Made by a program: the position numbers and the translations under genes
In this document: positions 23,650 to 31,652 of the stretch, in pieces
How the letters are laid out: every line of letters starts with the position of its first letter
How positions within the stretch are numbered: position 1 is the stretch's first letter
Notes under the pieces: model-generated
What the model was told of the DNA's origin: nothing
What the model saw: the letters and a program-made list of their open reading frames with translations, nothing else
The model's database searches: none
Source: Alkalilimnicola ehrlichii MLHE-1
Lineage (GTDB): Bacteria > Pseudomonadota > Gammaproteobacteria > Nitrococcales > Halorhodospiraceae
Direction of reading: 5' to 3'
DNA: 32,000 nucleotides
NCBI RefSeq assembly: GCF_000014785.1
Contig: NC_008340.1
Span: 2,880,001 to 2,912,000, forward strand

Positions 23650-23898
23650 GTGGCCCGAGAGGAACCGGCTGCACCCCTCAAGCTAGACACCAGCCGCGTC
23701 CGTTTGCGGGAAACCGACACCCGCCAGCACTTCGTCTACGTCTTCAACCGCATGCTGGAGAACCTGTTCATCGAGCGCATGGACGGCAACGAGGAGATCT
23801 TCGAGCGGCTGATGAACGACGACGACCTCCGTCGGGTGGCGGGCGCGCACCTGCTGGACGAGGTCTACGAACGCCTGCAGGAGGGCCGCGAAGCGTGA
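23650..23898 (+). CDS. hypothetical protein, possible 3' remnant of a helicase/restriction-type gene
   Basis: 82 aa from GTG; HFVYVFNRMLENLFIERMDGNEEIFERLMNDDDLRRVAGAHLLDEVYERLQ. It resembles, from memory only, the C-terminal helices of some DEAD/DEAH helicase or HsdR-like proteins. No good start or promoter, and it follows a terminator. Confidence 0.4.
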   Translation: MAREEPAAPLKLDTSRVRLRETDTRQHFVYVFNRMLENLFIERMDGNEEIFERLMNDDDLRRVAGAHLLDEVYERLQEGREA

Positions 23899-23940
23899 TG
23901 TTATGGGGCTATGGCGTGAGTAGCCGGCCCTTCCCACTTG

Positions 23941-23978
23941 ACATACCATATATGATATACATACTATTTATGGTATGT
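23941..23978. promoter_or_regulatory. AT-rich inverted repeat at the toxin start, candidate autoregulatory operator
   Basis: acatacca (23941-23948) and its exact reverse complement tggtatgt (23971-23978) flank an AT-rich stretch ending at the toxin ATG (23975). Confidence 0.55.
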
Positions 23979-24256
23979 GGAAGATATTCGAGCACAGGAG
24001 AGTGGCGAAGAACTTGTCGGCAGCGCCTGTCGAGGTGCAGAAAAGGTATGAGAAATGGAAAGACATTGTCGCCATATCAGGGCCACAGGGGCTGCGCTCT
24101 ATTAGGGGTTTCAGCGATGAAGCCTTATCAGGCAAGTGGAAAGGCTTCCGGTCTTCACGGCTTAACATACAGTACCGCGTCATCTATCGGGTACGGAAGA
24201 ATCAAGTGCTCGTAGGGGTCGAGAAGGTAACTCCCCACGATTACGGGAGGAAATAG
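23975..24256 (+). CDS. type II toxin, RelE/HigB family
   Basis: 93 aa MWKIFEHRRVAKNLSAAPVEVQKRYEKWKDIVAISGPQGLRSIRGFSDEALSGKWKGFRSSRLNIQYRVIYRVRKNQVLVGVEKVTPHDYGRK; paired with a downstream Xre-type antitoxin. Confidence 0.85.
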   Translation: MWKIFEHRRVAKNLSAAPVEVQKRYEKWKDIVAISGPQGLRSIRGFSDEALSGKWKGFRSSRLNIQYRVIYRVRKNQVLVGVEKVTPHDYGRK

Positions 24257-24257
24257 A

Positions 24258-24518
24258 ATGAGCGAATATCGTAAGGCCAGGAAACGGCTCGAGGTCTCTG
24301 TTGGAGAGTCGGTCCGCATCATGCGTGAACTGCAAGAGATGAGTCAGAATGAGCTGGCCCGCGCTACCGGGATCCCCCAATCCACCATTTCTGCTATCGA
24401 GAACGACCGCGTTCGCCTCGGTGTAGACAGGGCCAAGGTCCTGGCCAGGGCTTTGCGGTGTCACCCCGCCGTTCTCGTATTTCCTGGCTGGGACGTTGAG
24501 CAGGAGTCGGCGGCGTAA
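24258..24518 (+). CDS. type II antitoxin, HTH Xre/HigA family
   Basis: 86 aa with HTH MSQNELARATGIPQSTISAIENDRVRLGVDRAKVLARAL; 1-nt gap from the toxin stop. Confidence 0.87.
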   Translation: MSEYRKARKRLEVSVGESVRIMRELQEMSQNELARATGIPQSTISAIENDRVRLGVDRAKVLARALRCHPAVLVFPGWDVEQESAA

Positions 24519-24584
24519 CTGTCGCAGCCCGTGGAATCATCCACCGCTGGCGGCTCTGCCCATGCAACCGACACTCGACACCGG

Positions 24585-24608
24585 CCAGTGCTACTATAGT
24601 GTCACTGG
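24585..24608. promoter_or_regulatory. 24-bp imperfect palindrome covering a -10-like element, candidate operator of the second TA module
   Basis: ccagtgctactatagtgtcactgg; 20 of 24 positions match its own reverse complement; contains tactat/tatagt; 18 nt upstream of the antitoxin ATG. Confidence 0.6.
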
Positions 24609-24626
24609 TTGATTCGGGGTGACTCC

Positions 24627-24884
24627 ATGAAAGTTGAGCTCGTTACGAACCTCAAGCGCCAGGCCACGAAGATTCTCGCAGAACTGCGCGCATCGAAGGA
24701 GCCGGTGCTGATCACTGAGCATGGCCAGCCATCTGCTTACCTGGTTGATGTGCAGGACTACGAGTTTATGCAGCGCCGGCTTGAGCTGCTTGAAGGGCTC
24801 TCAAGAGGTGAGCGCGCTGTACTGGAAGGGAGAACGTACAGCCACAGTGAAGCCAGGGATAAGCTGGGTAAATGGCTGAAATAG
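24627..24884 (+). CDS. type II antitoxin, Phd/YefM family
   Basis: MKVELVTNLKRQATKILAELRASKEPVLITEHGQPSAYLVDVQDYEFMQRRLELLEGL, typical Phd/YefM N-terminal DNA-binding fold. Confidence 0.92.
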   Translation: MKVELVTNLKRQATKILAELRASKEPVLITEHGQPSAYLVDVQDYEFMQRRLELLEGLSRGERAVLEGRTYSHSEARDKLGKWLK

Positions 24885-25183
24885 TCTGGACTGAGCCCGC
24901 CCTTCAGGAACTGGATGCCATCGCTGAGTACATCGCGCTGGATAATCCGGCGGCGGCAAGCCGTTTGGTCCAGGAGGTATTCGCCAAGGCCACACGCCTG
25001 GAAGAGTTCCCCCGATCCGGAAGGATCCCTCCGGAGCTGCCCAACTCCGTATACCGGGAATTAGTAGTACCGCCGTGCCGGATTTTCTATCGTGAAGACG
25101 GGGGGCGAGTTCTTATCCTCTACGTCATGCGGGAGGAACGGCAGCTCCGGGCATACATGTTGGGCGACAACTGCGTTGACTGA
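24872..25183 (+). CDS. type II toxin, RelE/ParE family
   Basis: 103 aa MAEIVWTEPALQELDAIAEYIALDNPAAASRLVQEVFAKATRLEEFPRSGRIPPELPNSVYRELVVPPCRIFYRED..., typical ParE; overlaps the antitoxin by 13 nt. Confidence 0.92.
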   Translation: MAEIVWTEPALQELDAIAEYIALDNPAAASRLVQEVFAKATRLEEFPRSGRIPPELPNSVYRELVVPPCRIFYREDGGRVLILYVMREERQLRAYMLGDNCVD

Positions 25184-25209
25184 CAGGGATCCTGGAGACC
25201 GGGCGGCGC

Positions 25210-26115
25210 CTACTCCCCCCAGCCCTCCAAGTAGCCCCGTAGCTCGTCAGCGGTAGCGGGCGGGTCGGCGAACATCCGCCGGGCGAGGTTGAGCAGGGGG
25301 TAGGGCTCGGTGTCGAACAGGCGGTGGCGGTCGATCATCGCCAGGGTGTGGGGGCCCTCGCCTTCCAGGCCGCGGGTCTCGCCACGGGCGAGGCGGCGGC
25401 CGAGCTGGCGGTGGTGGGAGTCGGCGCTGGTGGCGGAGCCGACGAAATCACCCAGCCCGGCCAGGCCGTAGGGGCTGGTCGGCGCCCCGCCCAAGGCCTC
25501 CACGATCGCCGCCAGCTCCCGGAAGGCATCGATGGTGAGCGCCCCGCGGACGTTGTCACCGAGCTGGAGTTCATCGGCGGCGCCGATGAGGGGGACGTAG
25601 ACGTTCTTGAGCACGACGGCCCAGGAGGCGCCGGTCAGGTCGGTGGTGTGGACCAGTTTCAGAGCGGAGCCCCGGAACAGCTCGCGGACCTGCTGGAAGG
25701 TCTCGCGCTGCGGGCAGGCCAGGTCGGCGAACCCGAGGCGATCCGCCTGCAGGTCCTCGGCGATCATGGGGCCGTAGATGGCGGCCAGGGCCTTTCCTTC
25801 GCCGAGGGCCTGGTGCAGGATGCCGGCGGCGGTACGGCCGCTTTCGTCCAACCCCTTGGCGATGGTGACGCAGACGGCCCCGTCGGGCAGTGCGGCGGCG
25901 ACCCGGGGCGCGATGTCGCTGTGGGCCACCACGGGCATGCAGAAGAAGACGAATTCAGCCTGGTGCACGAGCGGTTCCAGCGGTTCGGGGGCCGAACCGT
26001 CGGGGGGCAGGCCCTCCCAGCTCACCACCGGCTGCCGGCGCCCGAGCAGATGGGCCATGGCCTTGCCAATCCGCCCGGTACCCAGTACCAGGATCCGCCC
26101 TCCCCGCTCTGTCAT
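25210..26115 (-). CDS. NAD(P)-dependent glycerol-3-phosphate dehydrogenase-like protein
   Basis: MTERGGRILVLGTGRIGKAMAHLLGRR ... VTIAKGLDESGRTAAGIL ... AIYGPMIAEDL ... VLKNVYVPLIGAADELQLGDNVRGALTIDAFRELAAIVEALGGAPTSPYGLAGLGDFVGSATS. Confidence 0.8.
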   Translation of the reverse strand: MTERGGRILVLGTGRIGKAMAHLLGRRQPVVSWEGLPPDGSAPEPLEPLVHQAEFVFFCMPVVAHSDIAPRVAAALPDGAVCVTIAKGLDESGRTAAGILHQALGEGKALAAIYGPMIAEDLQADRLGFADLACPQRETFQQVRELFRGSALKLVHTTDLTGASWAVVLKNVYVPLIGAADELQLGDNVRGALTIDAFRELAAIVEALGGAPTSPYGLAGLGDFVGSATSADSHHRQLGRRLARGETRGLEGEGPHTLAMIDRHRLFDTEPYPLLNLARRMFADPPATADELRGYLEGWGE

Positions 26116-26249
26116 GACCGTCCCTCTGGTTGTGCGATTCTGCTGGTTCGTCGTCACTGCCAGCATAGCCGGGTGGCGCTGCTATGGCGTTGTTGTGCTG
26201 GGCTGTGGCGCTTTGAAATGGGATGGGGTTGGGGGCTTACGGAAGGTCC

Positions 26250-26359
26250 GGCCGGGGCGGGGGTGTTCCGTTCAGGGGACGCCGTGAACCCATCCCTGGG
26301 GGCTTGAAGGCGGCATCCCTGCCGCCTACACCCCTGAACGGAACACCCCCGCCCCGGCC
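26250..26359. repeat. structured repeat A: perfect 29-nt inverted arms around a 52-nt core
   Basis: Arm 26250-26278 ggccggggcgggggtgttccgttcagggg = reverse complement of 26331-26359; core 26279-26330 contains the hairpin aggcggca-tccc-tgccgcct. Confidence 0.95.
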
Positions 26360-26489
26360 TCCCTAGGTCTGTCTGGGGCCGTGCCCGTCTGCAGGGGTTG
26401 GCCCCTTTATGGACGCCCGGGCGCAATGCTGAATGACCGCGGCCCGCCCACTTAGCCCCTCGCCGAAAGCGACGCGCCGGCAACCTTCA

Positions 26490-26597
26490 GGGGGCTGGCG
26501 GGGTATCGGGTGCGAATCGTAGGCGGCAGGGATGCCGCCTACGAGCCCGCAGGGATGGGTTCACGGCGTATTCGCACCCGATACCCCGCTAGCCCCC
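26490..26597. repeat. structured repeat B: 28-nt inverted arms (1 mismatch) around a 52-nt core homologous to A in opposite orientation
   Basis: Arm 26490-26517 gggggctggcggggtatcgggtgcgaat versus 26570-26597. Core 26518-26569 reverse-complemented matches core A at 48/52 positions. Confidence 0.95.
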
Positions 26598-26648
26598 GTT
26601 CCGGGGCCTATCGGAGTCGCCAGGCTTGGCCAATCTCCCATTTGGCAC

Positions 26649-27536
26649 CTAGAGGCCCTTCTTGTTGCCCCCGTTTTCGAACATCGCCCGTTTACCGCGA
26701 TAGAGCGCGGAGATGTCCTCCTCGCCGTAGCCCTGCTCGATCAGGGGCCGGTACTGCTTGAGGGTCATCTCGACCACCGGCAGCGCCACGCCCATGCTCT
26801 CCAGCATCGACCGGCAGATCTCCAGGTCCTTGTAATGCAGGGCCATCTTGAAGCCGGGCTGGTAGCTGTCGCGCACCAGGGTCGGGCCGCGGTGCTGGAG
26901 CAGCCAGCTTCCGCCGGCGCCGCCGCTCAGCACCTCGATCACCTTGTCCATGTCCAGCCCCTGGGCCTGGCCGAAGGCCAGCCCCTCGGTGACCCCCTGG
27001 ATGATCCCGGCCACCATGATCTGATTGACCGCCTTGGTCACCTGCCCGGCCCCGGACGGGCCCATGTGGGTGGCCGAGCGGCTGATCGCCGAGAGCACCG
27101 GCCGGACCTGCTCCAGGGTGGCCTCGTCACCGCCCACCATCATCACCATGGTGGCCTTCTCCGCCCCCTCCTTGCCGCCGGAGACGGGGGCGTCCAGGAA
27201 CCGCGCCCCGGTCTCAGCCACCCGCCGGGCGGCCTCGCGGGCGGTGTCTGCGCTGACGGTGGAGGTGTCCACCACCACCTTGCCCTCACCCAGCTCGGGC
27301 AGCATGGCGTCGACCACCTCCAGCACATCGGCGTCCGCCGAGACACAGGTGATGATCACGTCGCACTGGGCAGCCACCGTGGGGGCATCGGCCGCAGCGG
27401 CCACCCCATGGCGGCCGGCGAAATCCACCGCCTTGTCATAGGTGCGGTTCCATACCGCGGCCAGCAGCCCCTGCCGGGCCAGGTTGGCCGCCATGCCGGC
27501 GCCCATGGCGCCCAGTCCGATCACGCCTGCCTTCAT
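26649..27536 (-). CDS. 2-hydroxy-3-oxopropionate reductase / 3-hydroxyisobutyrate dehydrogenase family
   Basis: MKAGVIGLGAMGAGMAANLARQG ... FLDAPVSGGKEGAEKATMVMMVGG ... GPSGAGQVTKAVNQIM. Confidence 0.92.
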   Translation of the reverse strand: MKAGVIGLGAMGAGMAANLARQGLLAAVWNRTYDKAVDFAGRHGVAAAADAPTVAAQCDVIITCVSADADVLEVVDAMLPELGEGKVVVDTSTVSADTAREAARRVAETGARFLDAPVSGGKEGAEKATMVMMVGGDEATLEQVRPVLSAISRSATHMGPSGAGQVTKAVNQIMVAGIIQGVTEGLAFGQAQGLDMDKVIEVLSGGAGGSWLLQHRGPTLVRDSYQPGFKMALHYKDLEICRSMLESMGVALPVVEMTLKQYRPLIEQGYGEEDISALYRGKRAMFENGGNKKGL

Positions 27537-27576
27537 AAAGCGACTCCCTTATGCCGTGGGTGATGGGTCGGGCCCC

Positions 27577-28155
27577 TCAGGCCTCACCGTTGTACTGCCG
27601 GTGACCGCTGGGGCGCTGCAGTTGCTGCTCCACCTCCGCCGCCTGCGCCTCGCCGGCCAGCAATTCGATCAGCCGGAGGGCGAAATCCATCGCGGTACCG
27701 GGGCCGCGGGAGGTCACCACGCTGGCGTCCACCACCACCGGCTCCCCACCGCGGAGTTCCACCCCCGGGACATCGTCCAGGGCGCCCGGGAAGGCCGTGG
27801 CCTGGCGGCCCTCCAGCAGTCCGGCCCCGGCGAGCACCTTGGGGCCCGCGCAGATGGCCGCCGTGAAGCGCTCGCTGTCAGCGAGCTTACGTAAGAGCTC
27901 AGTGACCCGGTCATCCTCGCCCAGCCGTCGCGCCCCCTCGGCGCCGCCGGGCAGCACCACCATGTCGAAATCGCGGCGCAGGGCCTCATCGAGGTGGGTG
28001 TCCGCCACCAGCGTGACGCCGCGACTGGCCCGCACCGGCTCGCCGTCCAGGGATGCGGTGACCACATCGATCCCCGCCCGGCGCAGCAGGTCGATGACGG
28101 TGACCGCCTCCAGCTCCTCACAGCCCGTTGCCAAGGGCACCAGCACACTACTCAT
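27577..28155 (-). CDS. DJ-1/PfpI (YajL-like) family protein
   Basis: MSSVLVPLATGCEELEAVTVIDLLRRAGIDVVTAS ... FTAAICAGPKVLAGAGLLEGRQATAFPG, with cysteine nucleophile AAICAGP. Confidence 0.93.
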   Translation of the reverse strand: MSSVLVPLATGCEELEAVTVIDLLRRAGIDVVTASLDGEPVRASRGVTLVADTHLDEALRRDFDMVVLPGGAEGARRLGEDDRVTELLRKLADSERFTAAICAGPKVLAGAGLLEGRQATAFPGALDDVPGVELRGGEPVVVDASVVTSRGPGTAMDFALRLIELLAGEAQAAEVEQQLQRPSGHRQYNGEA

Positions 28156-28946
28156 GGCACGTTCTCCTCCTCCTGACCATACAACTCCACCAGCCGCGAG
28201 GCCGGCACCAGTTTGATACCGGCCCGGGCCCACTCCGGCAGTACCTCCTCCAGCACCGCCAGGGTCTCCGGGTAGGGGTGGCCGATGGCCAGCCCGTAGC
28301 CATGCCGGCGCGCGTGCCGCACCAGCCGTTCGAGGTGGTGGCGGATCATCTCCGGATCACGGTCGTGGTCCAGGAAGACATGCCGCCGGGTGGCGGGCAC
28401 CCCGGCCTCCCGCGCCACCTGTTCCGCCACACTGCGTGCCGTGGTCCGGCTGTCCACGAAGTAATAGTCGCCCTCCCCCCGCAGTGCGTCCATGACCCAA
28501 CGCAGGTTGCCCGGGTGGCGTGTATAGAGACTGCCCATGTGGTTATTGACCCCGCGGGCATGGGGCACCGCGTCCAGGTCTTTGCGGACCGCCGCCTCCA
28601 CCGCCGTCCGGTCCATGTGGATGTCCACCCCGCCCGGCCCTCGATCGGCGCCGTTTTTCGCCTGCATCGGCATGTGCAGCATGACCTCCTTGCCGCTGCG
28701 GTGGCAGGCCTCGGCCAGGCGCCGGGCGTGGGGGGTGTGGGGTAGAACGGAACAGGTCACCGGCCCGGGCAGATCAACCGTGCGTTGGCCGCTGGCCAGG
28801 TGATCCCCCAGATCGTCGATCACCACCGCCACCCGCACCGGCTCATCGGCCGACCGGGCCTGCGCCTGGCCCAGCAGCAGGGCCCCCAGGCCGCAGAGCA
28901 GGAGGATCAGGTGGCCGGCAGGGGCTCGGCGCGTCCGGGCAGCCAT
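28152..28946 (-). CDS. divergent polysaccharide deacetylase family protein (YibQ-like)
   Basis: VRVAVVIDDLGDHLASGQRTVDLPGPVTCSVLPHTPHARRLAEACHRSGKEVMLHMPMQAKN ... VNNHMGSLYT. Confidence 0.9.
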   Translation of the reverse strand: MAARTRRAPAGHLILLLCGLGALLLGQAQARSADEPVRVAVVIDDLGDHLASGQRTVDLPGPVTCSVLPHTPHARRLAEACHRSGKEVMLHMPMQAKNGADRGPGGVDIHMDRTAVEAAVRKDLDAVPHARGVNNHMGSLYTRHPGNLRWVMDALRGEGDYYFVDSRTTARSVAEQVAREAGVPATRRHVFLDHDRDPEMIRHHLERLVRHARRHGYGLAIGHPYPETLAVLEEVLPEWARAGIKLVPASRLVELYGQEEENVP

Positions 28947-28950
28947 GGCA

Positions 28951-30231
28951 TCAGCGACCGGTAAAGATACCCACGCCCTTCAGCAGGTTCAGCGCTTCGT
29001 ACAGCGTGAAATCGCGCTGCGCCAGGCTCTCGGTCTCGTCGTCCCGATCCACGTCCGGCCGTTGGCGCAGGCCGTGGCGCTCCAGCTCGGCCGGGCTCAT
29101 GTCCTCGCGTTCCACCCGGGCCACCCTGAGCTCCTCGGAGAGGATATCGGGCTGGATGCCCTTATCCTGAATGGAGCGACCGCCCGGGGTGTAGTAGCGC
29201 GCCGTGGTGAGCTTGACCGCCGCACCGCGGCCCAGCGGCAGGATGCTCTGCACCGAGCCCTTGCCAAAGGTGGGTGACCCCATGACCACCGCGCGTCCAT
29301 GATCCTGCAGGGCCCCGGCGACGATCTCCGAGGCGGAGGCGGACCCCTGGTTGACCAGCACCACCAGCGGGGCGCCGTGCAGCATATCCACCGGGGTGGC
29401 GCTAAAGCTCATCTCCGCGCGCTCGTCCCGGCCCTCGGTGTAGACGATCCGGCCGTTGCTGAGAAAGACGTCGGCGACACTGACCGCACCGTCCAGCACC
29501 CCACCGGGGTTGTTGCGCAGATCCAGAACCAGACCGCGCAGGCTGCCGTCGGCCTCCCGCTTCAGTTCGCTGAGCGCTTCCCGCACGTCACGACCGGTGC
29601 GCTCCTGGAACTGGCTGATGCGCAGATAGCCGTAGCCGGGCTCCAGCATCCGGGCCCGCACGCTCTCCACCTGGATAACGGCGCGGGTGATCTCGAAGGT
29701 CAGCGGGCGATCCTCGCCTTCGCGCACCACGGTGAGAGTTATCTGGCTGCCCGGCTCACCGCGCATCTGCTTGACCGCCTCCGTCAACGACATCCCTTTG
29801 ACCGGTTTATCGTCGATGCGGGTGATCAGGTCCCCCGGACGCAGGCCGGCACGGCTCGCGGGGGTGTCATCGATGGGCGCGATGACCTTGATGAAGCCGT
29901 CCTCCTGGCCCACCTCGATACCCAGCCCGCCGAACTCACCGCGGGTGCCCTCCTGCAGGGCCTGGAACTCGCTGGAATCCAGAAAGGTGGAGTGGGGGTC
30001 CAGACTGCTGACCATGCCGCGCACGGCCGCCTCCAGGAGCGCCTTGTCATCCACCTCGTCCACGTAGTGGCTGCGAATCCGCGCGTAGACCTCGGCGACG
30101 GCCTGAAGCTCTTCCAACGGCAGATCCGCGTTGGCCTGTTGCCGCTCCGCCCATACGGTCTGCCCCAACCCCAGCCCGGCGGCCAGGATCAGCAGTATGG
30201 CGGTAGAATAGAGCGGTCGAATCATGCGCAT
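28951..30231 (-). CDS. C-terminal processing peptidase, S41 family
   Basis: PDZ domain plus LVVLVNQGSASASEIVAGALQDHGRAVVMGSPTFGKGSVQ (Ser/Lys catalytic region). Alternative ATG at 30225. Confidence 0.95.
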   Translation of the reverse strand: MRMIRPLYSTAILLILAAGLGLGQTVWAERQQANADLPLEELQAVAEVYARIRSHYVDEVDDKALLEAAVRGMVSSLDPHSTFLDSSEFQALQEGTRGEFGGLGIEVGQEDGFIKVIAPIDDTPASRAGLRPGDLITRIDDKPVKGMSLTEAVKQMRGEPGSQITLTVVREGEDRPLTFEITRAVIQVESVRARMLEPGYGYLRISQFQERTGRDVREALSELKREADGSLRGLVLDLRNNPGGVLDGAVSVADVFLSNGRIVYTEGRDERAEMSFSATPVDMLHGAPLVVLVNQGSASASEIVAGALQDHGRAVVMGSPTFGKGSVQSILPLGRGAAVKLTTARYYTPGGRSIQDKGIQPDILSEELRVARVEREDMSPAELERHGLRQRPDVDRDDETESLAQRDFTLYEALNLLKGVGIFTGR

Positions 30232-30345
30232 GCGGCAGCGCTCCCATCCGGTGTTGCTGGTCTCGGGCGCTCACGCCCGGCGGTGCGATACATCCGCTAT
30301 TTCCGCAGTTTACCCCTGTTGCCCCCGCTTGTCAGACCCGCGCCC

Positions 30346-31500
30346 TTAGCGCGCGGCCAGCCACGGCAGCGGGTCCACCGGGTCGCCGTCGGCCCGCACC
30401 TCGAAGTAGAGCCCCGGCTCGCGCCGCCCACCGCTGGCCCCCACCGAGGCCAGCACGGCGCCGGCCTGCACCCATTCACCCTCCTCCACGAACAACGACT
30501 CATTGTAACCGTAGAGGCTCAGGTACCCGTCGCCATGGTCGAGGATGACCAGCAGCCCCAGGCCGCGGAACCAATCCGCGTAGACCACCTGCCCGGTGGC
30601 CACCGCCTGCACCTCCGTGCCGTTCTCGGCATCGATAACCAGGCCGCGCCACTTGATATTGCCCAGTTCCCTCGAATCACCGAACCGGGCCCCCAGCCGC
30701 CCCTCCACCGGCCAGGGCAGCGCACCGCGGTGCTCGCGGAAGCGGAGGTCCTGCAGATCACGCTCGGGCACCGCGGCCAACTCCTCGGCCAGTTCATCGA
30801 GCAGCCCCTGCAGGCGCTGTTCGTCCTCCTCCATGCGCATCAGCTGTTCACCGGTCTCGGCCAGGGAGGCCTCCAGCCGCGCCAGCCGCCGGCGCTGCTG
30901 CTCCCGCTCGCGCGCCAGTTCCGCACGGCGCTCGCGGGCCGCCATCTCCGCCCGGGCCAGGGCCTCGGACTGCTCCTGCAGCCGCTGCTCCAGGCTCTGC
31001 AGGCGCTCCAGGGTCTCGATCACCGACACCAGATCGGCGCGCCGCGCGGCATCCAGGCGGCTGTGATAGGCCAACAACCGTTGCAGCGCTGAGGGGTCCT
31101 GCTGATTCAGCAACACGCGCAGGCCGGCGTCCCGCCCCCCCTGCCAGACGGCACGCAACTGCCGCGCCAGCCGCTCGCGCTGCGCGCGCAGGTGCTGGTC
31201 GCGTTCCGCCATTTTGGCCTCCAGCTCGGCCACCCGCGCCTCAAGCGCGGCACGCTCCTCCTCCGCCGCCCGCAACGCCCGCGCCGCCCGCTGGACCCGA
31301 CGGTCGCTCTCCTCCAGCGCCGCCTCGGCCGCGTCGCGCTCGGCCTCGTCCCGGGCCAACGCCTGGCGGGCCGCCTCGATGCGCTCACGGACCGCTTCTA
31401 GTTCCGCCTCCGTGGCCTGCAGGTCGTCCTCCACCCCGGCCGCCAGCGGTGACACCAGGGTCAGGGCGGTGATCAGGAGCAGCATGGGTGCGATTCTCAT
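30346..31500 (-). CDS. murein hydrolase activator EnvC-like (coiled coil plus LytM/M23 domain)
   Basis: Signal peptide, long coiled coil, then RGALPWPVEGRLGARFGDSRELGNIKWRGLVIDAENGTEVQAVATGQVVYADWFRGLGLLVILDHGDGYLSLYGYNESLFVEEGEWV. Confidence 0.93.
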   Translation of the reverse strand: MRIAPMLLLITALTLVSPLAAGVEDDLQATEAELEAVRERIEAARQALARDEAERDAAEAALEESDRRVQRAARALRAAEEERAALEARVAELEAKMAERDQHLRAQRERLARQLRAVWQGGRDAGLRVLLNQQDPSALQRLLAYHSRLDAARRADLVSVIETLERLQSLEQRLQEQSEALARAEMAARERRAELAREREQQRRRLARLEASLAETGEQLMRMEEDEQRLQGLLDELAEELAAVPERDLQDLRFREHRGALPWPVEGRLGARFGDSRELGNIKWRGLVIDAENGTEVQAVATGQVVYADWFRGLGLLVILDHGDGYLSLYGYNESLFVEEGEWVQAGAVLASVGASGGRREPGLYFEVRADGDPVDPLPWLAAR

Positions 31501-31652
31501 GGCGATTCCAGCTCTCGGGTGTGCCTCGGGGGACCTGCGCGGTGGCCGGGAGGCTGGTATCATGGCCGCCCACTTGGCGCGCCGCAAGGTGGTCCGGCCG
31601 GGCCGGTGGCGACGCTGTCCCACAACCAATCAGACAACAAATGGAATCCTCC

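Noticed and set aside
24258-24518. Xre-family protein as a phage repressor
   Set aside because: It follows a RelE/HigB toxin with a 1-nt gap and no phage genes are nearby, so an antitoxin role fits better.
26250-26597. CRISPR-like or integron attC interpretation of repeats A and B
   Set aside because: Only two cores in opposite orientation with no spacer array, no cas or integrase genes, and no GTTRRRY-type attC ends recognised.
26154-26761. Short ORFs over repeats A and B (26154..26483, 26510..26761)
   Set aside because: Products consist mainly of translated repeat arms and core; no ribosome-binding or domain evidence.
29299-31092. 597-aa plus-strand ORF
   Set aside because: Antisense to ctpA and the envC-like gene; composition mirrors those genes and no family is recognisable.
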